Origin: Yuukianura sp. NJ FZ-2021
Taxonomy: Eukaryota
Assembly: GCA_046563655.1 (NCBI GenBank)
Contig: CM102284.1
Coordinates: 5,890,001 to 5,954,000 of the forward strand
Length of the DNA stretch: 64,000 nucleotides
Reading direction: 5' to 3'
Part shown: in pieces, positions 50,823 to 64,000 of the stretch
How positions within the stretch are numbered: the stretch's first letter is position 1
Layout of the letters: every line of letters begins with the position of its first letter
Notes under the pieces: generated by a model
Databases searched by the model: none
What the model was told of the DNA's origin: nothing
The model's input: only the letters and a program-made list of their open reading frames with translations
Made by a program: the position numbers and the translations under genes

Positions 50823-53233
50823 CTGAACTAATTTTAAAACTCATCTTCCAAAACTAACTTTTGAGTACCTTTGGAACAAAACATGAAACACAGAAAATTA
50901 GCACCTGATTAGTTAACTTTAATTCACAGTTCATATTATAATTTTAACTTCAAATTTCAAAACCAGATTCAATTTGCACTCAGAAAAACAGAAAGGAGTT
51001 TCCTGGTCTATCCTCCAAATGTTTTACTTTTTACACGAGGAAGTGACGGCAGAAGGTTTTAAACTGAATTAGTTGAACTACTAATACAGTACCACATATC
51101 CGGTATGCTAAAGCTTAAACCTCGTTTCATACAAAGGAACTTTGCAAAACAAGAATTGGCAAACTTTGTGCAAGTAATCTCCTACCGCCCTACCTTTTGT
51201 ACAAACACAGAGGAAGTGAACAGGGGAAGCCCGTTTCCTTTTGTTGCAAAATTTTTGCAAGTTCAAAATTTATTTTAACTTTACACTCTTTACTATGTGA
51301 AATTATGCAAAATCACGAAATTCACAACCTTGAAAAAACAAAAACAGCTATTAAAAGATTCAAGGTCTCAACTTTTCAAAATTTTAAACTCTTAAATTGG
51401 TCTGGTTCAAAAATTCTAAAGCTGAAAAATGTAATTTTGAAAGTGTTACCGTTTTGATGTTTCTTCTGCACCGTTCCATTTCATTGTGTTTGAAATTCTC
51501 ACGAGTCGCAGTAACCGAAATCAAAGTCACGAAACTCAAGATAATTGCGACAGTTTAAAGGTCAATTACCTGTTCTGTTTACTTAACTTTCCTTTGAACT
51601 TGACTAAAAAAAGTAAACTCATGAATCAAGTTTAGCGATGATACGAGTTCAGTTTATGACGCTCTAAAATTCCAAAACACAGCGATAACTCTTTAAACTT
51701 CTTCCAATTTTCTTACACTTTCAATTTTTTCAAGTCACTGAACTCTCGTCTCGTCTGCACTCTGGAACTTCTTCGTCTTGGCAAATGGCAAATCAATTCA
51801 ATTCTTAATTAACACCACAGTAGTAAGGTTCCCTCGTGATTCCTGGACGCTCAGCATGGTGTAACTGGTCTAGAAGCCAGGTCTGAATTGACTCCCTATC
51901 TTCCAAACCACAAGCGTATCACGTTCAATTTCATTTTCCATTTGATCCTCAATCTTAAAAGCACTGGGAGTTTCAAGCCTACATGCAAAGGAGAACTGAG
52001 GGGACGCCGTAATTCAACTGCCTCATTCACAGTTTTCTATTGTTTCATTTTAAAAGCATTTTTTCATTTGTTCCTTCGCTTGCAGCACAATTTTTAGTCA
52101 TGGCGGTCTTAAGTTGATGACGCAGCAGGAGTTAGAACTGTTGTGCTTGCTTAAAATTTGAAACAAGAAATGTCATTTTTGAAATTTCAGATGAAGTTAC
52201 AGATTTATTTCCAGCTCGTTCTTGTTCCTTAGCTGTTTCGCTGCAATGCAGTTGTGTCGACAGCCCAATCCAATTAGACTTACTCATCATCACATGCCTT
52301 CTGGCATAACTTCTTTTGTTTAAAATTTTGAAACAAGATCATATTACAATACATCCTCTTTGTGTCTTAGCTTCTTGATGCACCATAACCAAATAGAGTT
52401 AAAAGTGCGGGCTTCGAGTTGTGACCAAAGTGGATGACATGACTGATTTCAGTTATTGACGGATGAGTCGTCCCTTTCCCCTAGACCGTCAAGCAAGAAA
52501 AGTTCTAGTGGTTTTCTGGAAGGAGATTACTGTCCAAGTACAATTAAAATTTTGAATGTAACGTCCAGGATTTCAAACCATGGATCCCTTGTAATAACAT
52601 TTTACGTGAAAGCTGAAATTGAACGTGGGAGCTGAAAGGGGAGACGAATCTCACAAAAGTCCAGCTAAACTTTTGGAAAGACCTTGATGATGTGCTCATC
52701 AATCATAAAAGGAAGATGAAAAGAAGCTGAAAATGCGCTGGAGTTTCTGAAAAATTGCTTTGAAAAGTTAGTTTTCCTTTTTGAGCTTTTGGTTTTCTAG
52801 TTCTGTTAATTGAATATAACAACAATCAATGAGATCTGCGTGCGTCATGGCCATAAACTGCTGGGAATTCCAATTATAAAAACTAGGCTTCCATAATGAC
52901 CTCTTCAGACAATGCACTTCTGTCAATAATTCATTTTTCAAAAACAAAGATTTTGAAATTTTAAAGTCTGAAATTGCTCCAACAACAGTTTTGCGTTTTT
53001 AGAATTGCTTTCATCTTTAAAAACACAAACAACTATGCATGAAAACAATGAAAAACAGCATTTTCCTGGAGGCTGCTGGATAAACCGAGCCGTTTGGTCC
53101 GGAATCAAAATTCAAAACTTAGGGAATGTTTGTGCAGTACTAAATCTGAGTTTGTGTTTCATCTGGTGATGGATCGTAAAGCAAAGGTCAAGGTCACCGG
53201 TTGATGTCATATTTGTAATGGCGATGGGCCAAC

Positions 53234-54498
53234 ATGAGTTGGCAGTGTAACAACGGTTGCGACTGCCAGCCGTCACAGATTGCTGAAATTTCAATTACGG
53301 AAGGTAACGGGTTTCGCACATGCAAAAAGTTTAAAAAAACCTTGATGAGAAAAGACTCGTGCCAATTTTTATTTTTGTAAGCTTGCTGTCCGTGTCCAGA
53401 ACCAGTAGAAACCGAGTATGTGATTCTGCCTCCAGCAAAACGCAAACGCTGCTGTCCGCCTCCAAAACGATGTTGTCCAGACCTGGAATTTGACGACAGA
53501 CCAGGCTGGCCGTGTAAATCGAGGTTTGACGAGCGCATCAGCACACTCCAGCGTGTTAACAACTTTTTGCATTTTTCAGGCCAGAGGTCAAGTACTGTGA
53601 TCCCTGCTGCTACCCAGAGGAAAGCTGCTGCTCAGATGCGGAAGACTGCTGCGAAATGAGTAAACCTAGCGTAATCTGCTGTCCACCGCCTAGGAAACAG
53701 CCTAGAATCACCATCATCCAGCAACGGCCGTCCCAATGTATGCCTGCCCCATGTCCGCCACAACAAATTCCATACCCTGTGCCAATTCCGTATCCTGTCA
53801 TGCCACCCCCTCCCCCGCCAATGCCATGTTGCAGTCCCTATGGCTTCAGTCCGTGCAGTTCTTATGGTTGCATGCCTTACGGATGCTGTCCACCGCCATG
53901 TATGCCACCTCCTTGCTGTTTTCCGTGTATGCCGATGTGCAACCCTTGCGGAATGGGATTCGGAGGTGAGCAGGTATTTTTTTTTTCAAAATTTTGTCCG
54001 AAAATACTGAACATTTTCTAAGCCAGAAATTTTTCTTTGCAAGGAATGTGCTGTTTCGGATGTCCAGGAATGGGCTCTGCAAGTGAAGGATCCTTGAAAC
54101 GGAAAAGCAGCGTTAACGCCAAGCCCAGCCAGGAGCGAAAACTGTCAGACAAGTCAGGATCAACGAAATCGGGGTCATCGAAATCAGGGTCAAGCAGTAA
54201 GTCTACTGATGACTCAAAGAAGTCTGGATCAGGAAGTAAATCTGGATCTAAATCGTCATCCAAGAACAAAAGTTCGTCTTCTGGCGGAACCGGGAGTACC
54301 AACAAGAGTCCGAAGCCGTCTCCTAATCCGTCTGCTAAGCCGTCTGTACCTACAAGCTTTGGTTCTCCTACACATCCAAAGCATCGAGAGAAAGAGACGG
54401 GTGCTTACATTGGCCCAGAACAGCAACCGTATGAAGATGATGTCAATCTAGGTATCCCTAGAGATAGTATGTACCAAGATGGAGCACCACCACAGTGA
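53234..54498 (+). CDS. Cys/Pro-rich protein with Ser/Lys-rich C-terminal tail; exons 53234-53303, 53382-53523, 53580-53965, 54044-54498
   Basis: Phase-consistent exon chain; many CCP/CCPPP/PCM motifs followed by SGSKS-type repeats; no signal peptide. Confidence 0.75.
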
Positions 54499-55755
54499 TC
54501 TCCAGTCGCAATGGCAATGCAACAAAGGAAGTAGATACTAGCTGTAAACATTGCCAAAATCTCCGGAAGCAAGTTCTAGACATGTCGCAACGAAATTCAA
54601 TTAGTGGACATTGAAATTTTCAAAATTGGCCATGCTGAAAGAAAGTCAAAAACTCTCACTTTATTAGTTTAGTATTAACTAAACTTTTTTTAAATCCTTC
54701 ACACTTTTCTTCCTCAAAATTTTCCTCTTCAGAACCAAAACTTGCTTTTCAGAATCAGAATTTCTAATTAAATCTACAAAAATGTCTGTCTGGATTATCT
54801 AGTTTAATTAATTACGACATAAGTAACTAGCCCAAGCTTAATTTAATTAAGTTCAGTAGAAATCTAAATTATAACTTGAATTATACTTATTTATAATTGT
54901 AGTTTATATTTTTAAGAAATAAAAATCCTTATTTAGCTATTCAATTTCTTATTTTCCGAACGAAAAGGGGTGGGGCAGGTTCCATTCATGATTTCAGAAT
55001 TAAGTATGAATGAACGTAAGGGGAGGAAGGCTTTCATTGATGAAGTGGACTCTTCCGGAATGTTTTACAACTTTTACTACGTGTTTACTACTCTTTTTAC
55101 TACAACCAATCAGAGAGGAGTAGCAAGTGCACACAACTCCCCATTCACAAAAACTCATTCATGATTTTTAAACAGTGGCTCTTAGCAGGGCCAAATTTTT
55201 AATAAATTTATTCGGCGTTAAACTTCAGCAACTTTGACCAACCAGTTTTTAAAACGTTAAATCATAATTGAATTGGATTAAATTATAATTATGTCAAAGC
55301 AATTTCAAATAAGCGAAAAGATTGAAAAAGTGAGACCACTACGAAGTTAAGTAAGGGTTAAAGTTAATTGATTGCAAAGTAACACCAAATTACTGAAAAT
55401 CTGTTTGATATTTTCGAAAATTACCTCATTTCACTTACCTAAAGCAAACATGTTAAGACATCCTTGTTTTTGTTCAAATAAGAACAAGAATTAAGAAAAA
55501 GTCTAAGAAATTTCCGCTCACTGTAAGCTTGGGTTTTGGATGCAGGAACTTTCACATTTTTTTTATGTTTCTAACAAGTATTTTACATAATGAAATTTCT
55601 GTTTGACCTAGTTTATTATTCAGTGTCAAATATTTGAAGTTTACATTTTCACTTTCCGATACGAAACAGAGCAGACGGTTTAGGTAGAATTGAGGTTAGT
55701 ATTTAACATTAGACCCAGCTAACGGTGCGTGTCACTGTTATTTTCTTAATTCAAC

Positions 55756-56663
55756 ATGAAACTGTGTCCATATAAAATCCTTTTGTTAATTTCAATTGTT
55801 TTAATTAGTATTTCAAAAGTGATTGATGGAATTCCTTTCAGTGTATTTCCACTTCTCACTACTGGATGGTACTACAAACCTGGACCAGTGGAATCCATTA
55901 TTCTCGGGTTTTTAGTAGTGAAGGTACTACACTTCAAAATAACTGTACACAAAAATCGTAACTAATTTTATTATTATCTAAAATTTTCAACTTTTTCAAA
56001 ATTGTAGGTTTTGGCGATCCGTCTTGGAGCTACGTTAGCCGGAGTGCCGTATCATCTCAATGATATTTTTGATTCCAAGAAAGCGGATATTTGGAATGCA
56101 AGAGGCAAACGATATATTTCTACTGAAGAACAGCGATTTCATAACTCCACTGCAGAAGGAATCCCTGCGGCATTGTCTCAAGTTGAACTTGAAATTGTTG
56201 AACGTCTCCTGCTCGTCAGTTTTCAACAAATCTAAATTCCAATTTTGAAAATTTCACATTTTGACAACATGTCGTTTGAAACAGGCCCTCAGGAGAATCG
56301 ATTCTCATGACTGCTTCATCCAGTACATTTGCAGAGTTCATCAAAACAGTTTTAGAAAACAACTCAATTCTGATTTGGAAGAGGCGTGGGTCAAAATTTT
56401 CAGGTTCGACAAAAATTGAAATCCAAAAATCCTAAAATCAAAATAATCCCATCTTTAATTTAACATTTACTTTCATCATATTTTTTTAAAATAGGTTAAG
56501 ACCAAAGGAAAAGCGAAAATCAAAAGACCCTGACACTCCATCAGTGTGGGAAGTGTATGAAGCAGCACTTTCTTCCAGAACAAATTGTACTGCCAAGTAT
56601 CCGAATTGCCCTTTGACCTCAACTGATCTCGAAATGACCTCACTCCTAGCTGGAATCTTTTGA
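55756..56663 (+). CDS. Secreted protein with DM4/DM12-like cysteine pattern; exons 55756-55923, 56009-56215, 56286-56403, 56495-56663
   Basis: Signal peptide MKLCPYKILLLISIVLISIS, RGKR basic site, DSHDCFIQYIC...NCTAKYPNCP. The family assignment is by cysteine pattern only. Confidence 0.72.
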
Positions 56664-56810
56664 CAGATTTTCTCCGTTTTACATTTTATTGTTGTTATGT
56701 CTTGCTCTTAATTTCCTCTAACTCATATCAGTTTTGAAAAACTTAAATTAGTAGAATTTTAGCTTCATTTCATTATGAATTAAAGTGGTTTAGGACTGTT
56801 AAATTAGGAG

Positions 56811-57216
56811 TTAACAATCGTCAGTGGGTTTTGTCGTGGTGGTGGTTGTGGTGGTACGTGGTTTTCTAAATGGTGGTACTGGACCTGCACATGCTCTGTT
56901 CCATGCAAACGGAGCCGCCGGACCCACCAACCATTTACACAGAATGGCAGACGAGAAGAAGCCATATGGAATTCCTTTGTAGTTGTAGGGGAAAGTTGGT
57001 GGTTTGATCATGCGCTCAGCTACTTCATCCGTATGTTCAAAATTCCTCAACGAAGTAATTTTAAAAATGGATTCGCACAGTTGTAGTTCCTGTTTGAACA
57101 GAAATTGCTTCACAACCCAATAAAATCCTTCTCATACTTTGTAGTTTAAATCTTACCAAAATTATGAAAATCACTAAAAATTTGGTCAGTCTCAGACGCT
57201 CACGCGTTACGCACAT
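56811..57216 (-). CDS. Small secreted protein C, 112 aa; exons 57157-57216, 56811-57089
   Basis: MCVTRERLRLTKFLVIFIIL|ELQLCES signal-like N-terminus, phase-0 GT-AG intron, Thr-rich tail. Confidence 0.7.
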
Positions 57217-57379
57217 TTTTGTTGAACTTTTTAAAGTTAACTTTAATTTGACTTTAACATTTTAATGACAAAGGTGAGATTATTTAATATGTTAATGAGT
57301 AAACTTGATTCTATTTGTCTTCTGAAGGTTGATGGTAATACTGGACAACACTGGGAGCACCGAACGAGTATTATCCATT

Positions 57380-57788
57380 CTAGTATGGATTTGTCGTGTA
57401 AGATCCATAGTAAGGGTCGGGGGGACTTGGAGGGCTGTTGAAGAAAGCCCATTTGTCAAAGGGAGACTTCGGTGGTTCAAGGTACACACACTGAAAATAG
57501 CCAAATGGAAAGTGACCCAGTTCCACACATTCCTTCTTGCGCCAAATACGATCTTGCGCTGGCGTCAGTTCCAACTGGTGTGGATATCGCCGAAACAAAA
57601 ACTGCTTCGTATCGAGCGGTTCATACTTAATTGATGCTGCTGAAGTAGGTGATGCTCTGAGGCCACACGACAGGATTCCCTAAAAATTCGATACAAAGAT
57701 TAATTTCACCAATTTCAACTAAATTTTACTTGAAAATTATCTCTCACTTTACCAAAATTGAAACGGAAAAAGCGAAAATGAAATCCAT
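57380..57788 (-). CDS. Small secreted protein B, 111 aa; exons 57753-57788, 57380-57679
   Basis: MDFIFAFSVSIL|GILSCGLRA signal-like N-terminus, phase-0 GT-AG intron, Pro/Tyr-rich C-terminus. Confidence 0.7.
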
Positions 57789-57801
57789 TGTTAACAGTTA
57801 A

Positions 57802-58164
57802 TCAGGGCTTGCGATGTGGCATCCACTCCTTGGCGAAATGCGGCCTGTCCAGTGTGTCGTCGGAGTGACCAATCGGTGTGTCACGAACTCTGACACGAAC
57901 GTAAAGCAGTGGACTTCGGACCACTGATTGCCAAAATAGAAGCGGAAGGACAGTTTCACTAAATGGATGAATTCGTTCTATCGCTTCTGTTTCAGCTGCA
58001 CAACTGCTGAAAAACGGATGTTGTACTACCACGACCAACAGAATCCAAAATGCTCCACAAAGTTTCAATGTTTTTGAATTCTACGAAATTTGAAAAATCA
58101 AAATTCAAAATCACAAAAATGATATTAAATTAAAACCTACTTGAACGAAACGAATTGTTTCCAT
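57802..58164 (-). CDS. Small secreted protein A, 100 aa; exons 58141-58164, 57802-58080
   Basis: METIRFVQ|NSKTLKLCGAFWILLVVVVQHPFFSSCAA signal-like N-terminus, phase-0 GT-AG intron. Confidence 0.6.
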
Positions 58165-58610
58165 TGATCTGAGCTGAGCTTTACTTTTCGTACTTTATTT
58201 CATGCTACAAATACGACGACTGTAAAAGGTCAACTGCTGGTTGCCTGTCAGCACCGTACTGAAAGTACAACTAAAAGTGAAAGGTGCTCCGGTTTTACAA
58301 ATTTTCAAAGTTTGAATTTGTATTCACACCCCTTGTTCAAACGAACTTTCACTTCCAATTTTAGAGCAAAGTTCTAAAGCAAAGCTTCTGTCTCAAAAAT
58401 ATCGTGCCAATCCGCACAATATTTTGTTCTACATCAATATAAGTAGAAATACGGCAGTAACATGTTTTTTAAAAGTTGAATTTCTGATTTAATTTAATTA
58501 ATTATCCAAAGTTTGTTTTTTTTACTGAAAATATTGTTTTACATTACAGAAAAAACATACAAAAGTAATGGTTTTCTTAATTACCAATGCTGGTATTATT
58601 GTTATTATTG

Positions 58611-59417
58611 TCAGTTACAGTTGTTCTCTTCATAGCTGCAATCCTCTTCCGAAGAGGATGAGGAAGAGGAGGAGGAAGAGGAAGAGGAGTCATATGAGGA
58701 GTCATAAGAGGAGGAGGAAGAGGAGGAGGAGGAGGAGTCATATCCTCCATAACCTCCATATGATTGTCCATAAGTCATAGGTGGGGGTGGCGGTGGACTA
58801 TATGCTGGTGGAGGGCTATATGCGGGTGGTGGGCTATATGCTGGTGGCGGACTATATGCTGGTGGTGGACTATATGCTGGTGGAGGGCTATATGCGGGTG
58901 GTGGGCTATATGCTGGTGGCGGACTATATGCTGGTGGTGGACTATATGCTGGTGGTGGGCCGTATGCTGGTGGGGGAGGTGGGGCATAGTATGGATCTGC
59001 AGCAACCGGTGGAAGGTCAAAGTCAAATTGAAACATTGGGTTCTTGACGAAGGATTTCATAAACATTAGAGGTCCAATTACTTTGGCAGCGGCTAGAGCT
59101 GGAAGCAGAAGGGTACGATCCGATGCCGGAGTTTGTTTTAGCGCAGTACCGTTTCCAGCAAGCTCCGGTTTCGGCACGGGAACGGGTCGTCGTCGAATTC
59201 GTTTCGGTTTGGACCATCGAACGATGTGTCTCTGTGACGAATCTGGAGAATCTTTGGACAACGATGAAGGAGGATCCGTTGAACTGAGCTGTACCAAGGC
59301 TAAGCTCAGTAGCACTGTCCATACCTTCCAGAAATTTTGGAAATAATTTTTGTCCAAAATTGAATTTTTGCATTCTGGGAATTTTTAGTGTCTTACCAAA
59401 TTTCTGGAGTCGATCAT
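58611..59417 (-). CDS. Secreted extensin-like Pro/Tyr-rich structural protein with (SPPPAY)n repeats; exons 59397-59417, 58611-59324
   Basis: MIDSRNL|VWTVLLSLALVQLSS signal peptide, tandem 18-nt repeats, poly-Ser and acidic C-terminus. Confidence 0.85.
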
Positions 59418-60115
59418 CCCAGACCTGTCACGGATCGTTTCAAATTCAGGACTGGTAATTCCTTGGCGTTAGGTTAGGTTATACTTTGGTTTTCTGTTTA
59501 GAAAAGTCCTCCCTGTTTAGAAAAGTCCTTCGAAAAACTGAGACCCTTTCACTTTTCAAGTTGAAAATAAAATATTTTTAGAACAAAGTCTGTTTGGTTC
59601 ACCTTGGCCAACCTGAAATCAAGGAAAAATAAAAACAGGTCTTTTTGACTTTTACAATTTATTTAATGCTGAATTTCAAAATTTACGAATTCAAAATTTC
59701 AAAACCAAGGTTCCTATGATTTTACAGCTGTAGTAAATACAAGGTGAAGCAACCGCTTTAACATTAGTACAGTCATTTCTGCATTTACAGAGTATCACAG
59801 GGTTTAGTTGTCAAAATTTCTAAAATTTGTATTAATAAAATTCGTATTCTAAAATTTTTACAAAAGTTTTTCAGTCTTGGTCTCTCCGAATTAAAATTTT
59901 AGAATATCAGCATTTCGAAAATTATTTACAACAAGTATTAACAATTTGTACAAGTTGTTGAGCAAGTTGAGGCATTTGGGTGAACTCGTGTCGATTTCTG
60001 ACGAGTGGTGAATGTTTATTAGCAATAGTTAAAAAAATTAATCCTAAGTGTTAAATTTTAATTAATTAGTAATTAAAAATAGCGCGATATGCTTGTGGTT
60101 AGTTCCGCTGTTTTG

Positions 60116-60913
60116 TCATTTGTAGGATGGTGGGTTGTAGGCTGGTGCCATAGCTGGCGGATTGTAAGCTGGTGGATTGTAAGCTGGTGGATTGTAAGCT
60201 GGTGGATTGTATGCTGGTAGATCGTATGCTGGTGGATTGTATGCTGGTTGTGGTGGGTTGTATGCTGGTGGATTGTATGCTGGTTGTGGTGGGTTGTATG
60301 CTGGTGGATTGTATGCTGGTTGTGGTGGGTTGTATGCTGGTGGATTGTATGCTGGTTGTGGTGGGTTGTATGCTGGTGGATTGTATGCTGGTTGTGGTGG
60401 ATTGTATGCTGGAGTGTCGTAGACTGGTGGTGGAGCATCATATGATGGTTCATAGTAAACTGGTGGTGGCGGAGGTGGAAGCGGGATGATGTTGACTGGT
60501 GGCAATTTCTTGAGGAGCAGAAGGAGACCAAGCAGCTTCAGTGGAAGGATGGAGGCTGCAAGCGCAGGCTTAGCCAAAATGGCCTTCAAAGCACCCAACT
60601 TGACCAGTTTCTTCAGAATGAGATGTCGATCTTCGGCTGGAGTTTGGCTGTTGGGGTCAAGCGCTCGTTCAAGTTCGGCCATTTCTTCGGGAGTTAGTTT
60701 CGGAGCCTTGGCATCTACTGAATGATTCACTTCGGATTGGGCTGGTCCCGTCAGCATCATCACCAGTGCGACTACTGGAACCAAAATCTAGAACAAAACA
60801 TGAAATTTTGAAATTTTCAGAATATCAAAAAATTTTGGAATCCTAAAAGGTGGAATGGTTACTTGAATTTTTGAATCTTTTTGAAAACTCACCAATAAAA
60901 TTGATGTCTTCAT
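60116..60913 (-). CDS. Secreted Pro/Tyr-rich structural protein with (AYNPPQPAYNPP)n repeats; exons 60893-60913, 60116-60787
   Basis: MKTSILL|ILVPVVALVMMLTGPAQS signal peptide, Leu/Lys-rich segment, tandem repeats. Confidence 0.88.
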
Positions 60914-61028
60914 TTTGGTTCTGTTTGAAGACTCAGTTTTTCCAAAAATTCTTCTGCTTCTTCAGCTCTACTGTTTCTTAGTGTAGATGAAGGTGAGATG
61001 TGTTTGATTGTTGAACAGTTTCCCAGAG

Positions 61029-61037
61029 TATTTATAT
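61029..61037 (-). promoter_or_regulatory. Probable TATA box of the 60116-60913 gene
   Basis: The minus strand reads TATAAATA about 120 nt upstream of the ATG. Confidence 0.55.
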
Positions 61038-62081
61038 GGAACCGCTTTAGCTTAGCATCACAATCAGTTTCTTCCGCCAAGGTTGGGTTTTACTTTCACG
61101 TTTCCAAAAAAGAAGCAAGAACGAAAAGATTTCTAAAATTTTGAAAGAAGTTGAACCAACATAACAAGTGTAAACACAGTTTTTACGTTGAACAAAAATC
61201 ACCTCAAAATTGCTCCCTCTAAATTTAGACGTATAGAAAATATAGGTAACCTTCAGCAGAGGACGATGAAATAAACTGACCTTGGAATTTTCAACTTTCT
61301 TTCCTCTATTAGTTAGAAGCTTTCGCTTTCGGTGAATTCATTCTTTTTTTATTTAAAAACTCTACTTTTCAGTGACTTTTTTTATAAGAGAAAGTTATTT
61401 GAAAATCATTGAACTGAAACTGAAATTGGGAGAATTTTATTTCTAAAAATTCTTTTAGCGAACAAATTCGTAATGTTTTAAGCATTTAGACAAACTTCAT
61501 GCACGTAGTTTTTGCGGAGCATTTCAAATGCTGATCGTAACGTAACATAAAAAACGAGAGCTTAAATTGGAATTATAGTAATACAAAAAAAATCATCTCA
61601 GTTATAGAATTCTTATACTAAATGTAACAGTTAATTAACTTTTCTGTGAAATGCAACAATTCAGTGGGATTTGGCCGACATGCTTTAAAAATTGTCCACA
61701 GATTTCGAGATCTTTTTAAATTAAAAAGACCTGCGTATTAAAATAAGTTTGAATTTGTACATTTTTCCTTGCTGCCAACAAAACTTTAAAAGCAGCTCAC
61801 AACTTCATCAAGGAACAATCATCGTAAGCATAAAGTAAAACTTCAACTTTTTTGCCTCAAGTCAAAGGTCACATTGAGAAGCAACGAAGTCTGAAGAATG
61901 TCGCAAGAAAAAAATTGCTTGAAACAAAATGAACAATTAAGCAATTTCCAAAGTTTCCAAAAATAGAGATCCAACGTAATTAAAGTTGCGGCCTTACAAA
62001 AGCCGGCCTTAACAATTTGATATCAAAATGGTGAAAATGAACAAAACCAAAGGTCAAAGGTCACAGAAATTTTAAAGTTGA

Positions 62082-63975
<1,894 letters not shown>

Positions 63976-64000
63976 CTGAAAATCACAAAAACAGCGTCGT

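Noticed and set aside
58568-60531. Many overlapping His-, Trp- or Val-rich ORFs in other frames
   Set aside because: Shadow frames of the Pro/Tyr tandem repeats.

Overview
AT-rich eukaryotic genomic DNA with mostly short spliceosomal introns. The proteins are arthropod/hexapod-like; the exact taxon cannot be fixed from the sequence. In order: RpL32 (with a candidate intronic H/ACA snoRNA); a ~36 kb Pur-alpha gene whose 26 kb first coding intron holds two extra phase-compatible N-terminal exons and a decayed pogo/Tc2-type transposon; two copies of an unexplained ~230-nt GC-rich element with a covarying, pseudoknotted RNA-like fold; an equilibrative nucleoside transporter; a divergent tetraspanin; an internally deleted IS630-Tc1-mariner element just upstream of an atypical tRNA-Thr(CGT); a PAP2/wunen-like lipid phosphate phosphatase; a Cys/Pro-rich gene; a dense cluster of six small secreted-protein genes, two of them only 13 nt apart; and the 3' kinase exons of a PKC-delta-like gene. 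All gene models were assembled by hand from splice signals and reading-frame phase; no searches or folding programs were run.
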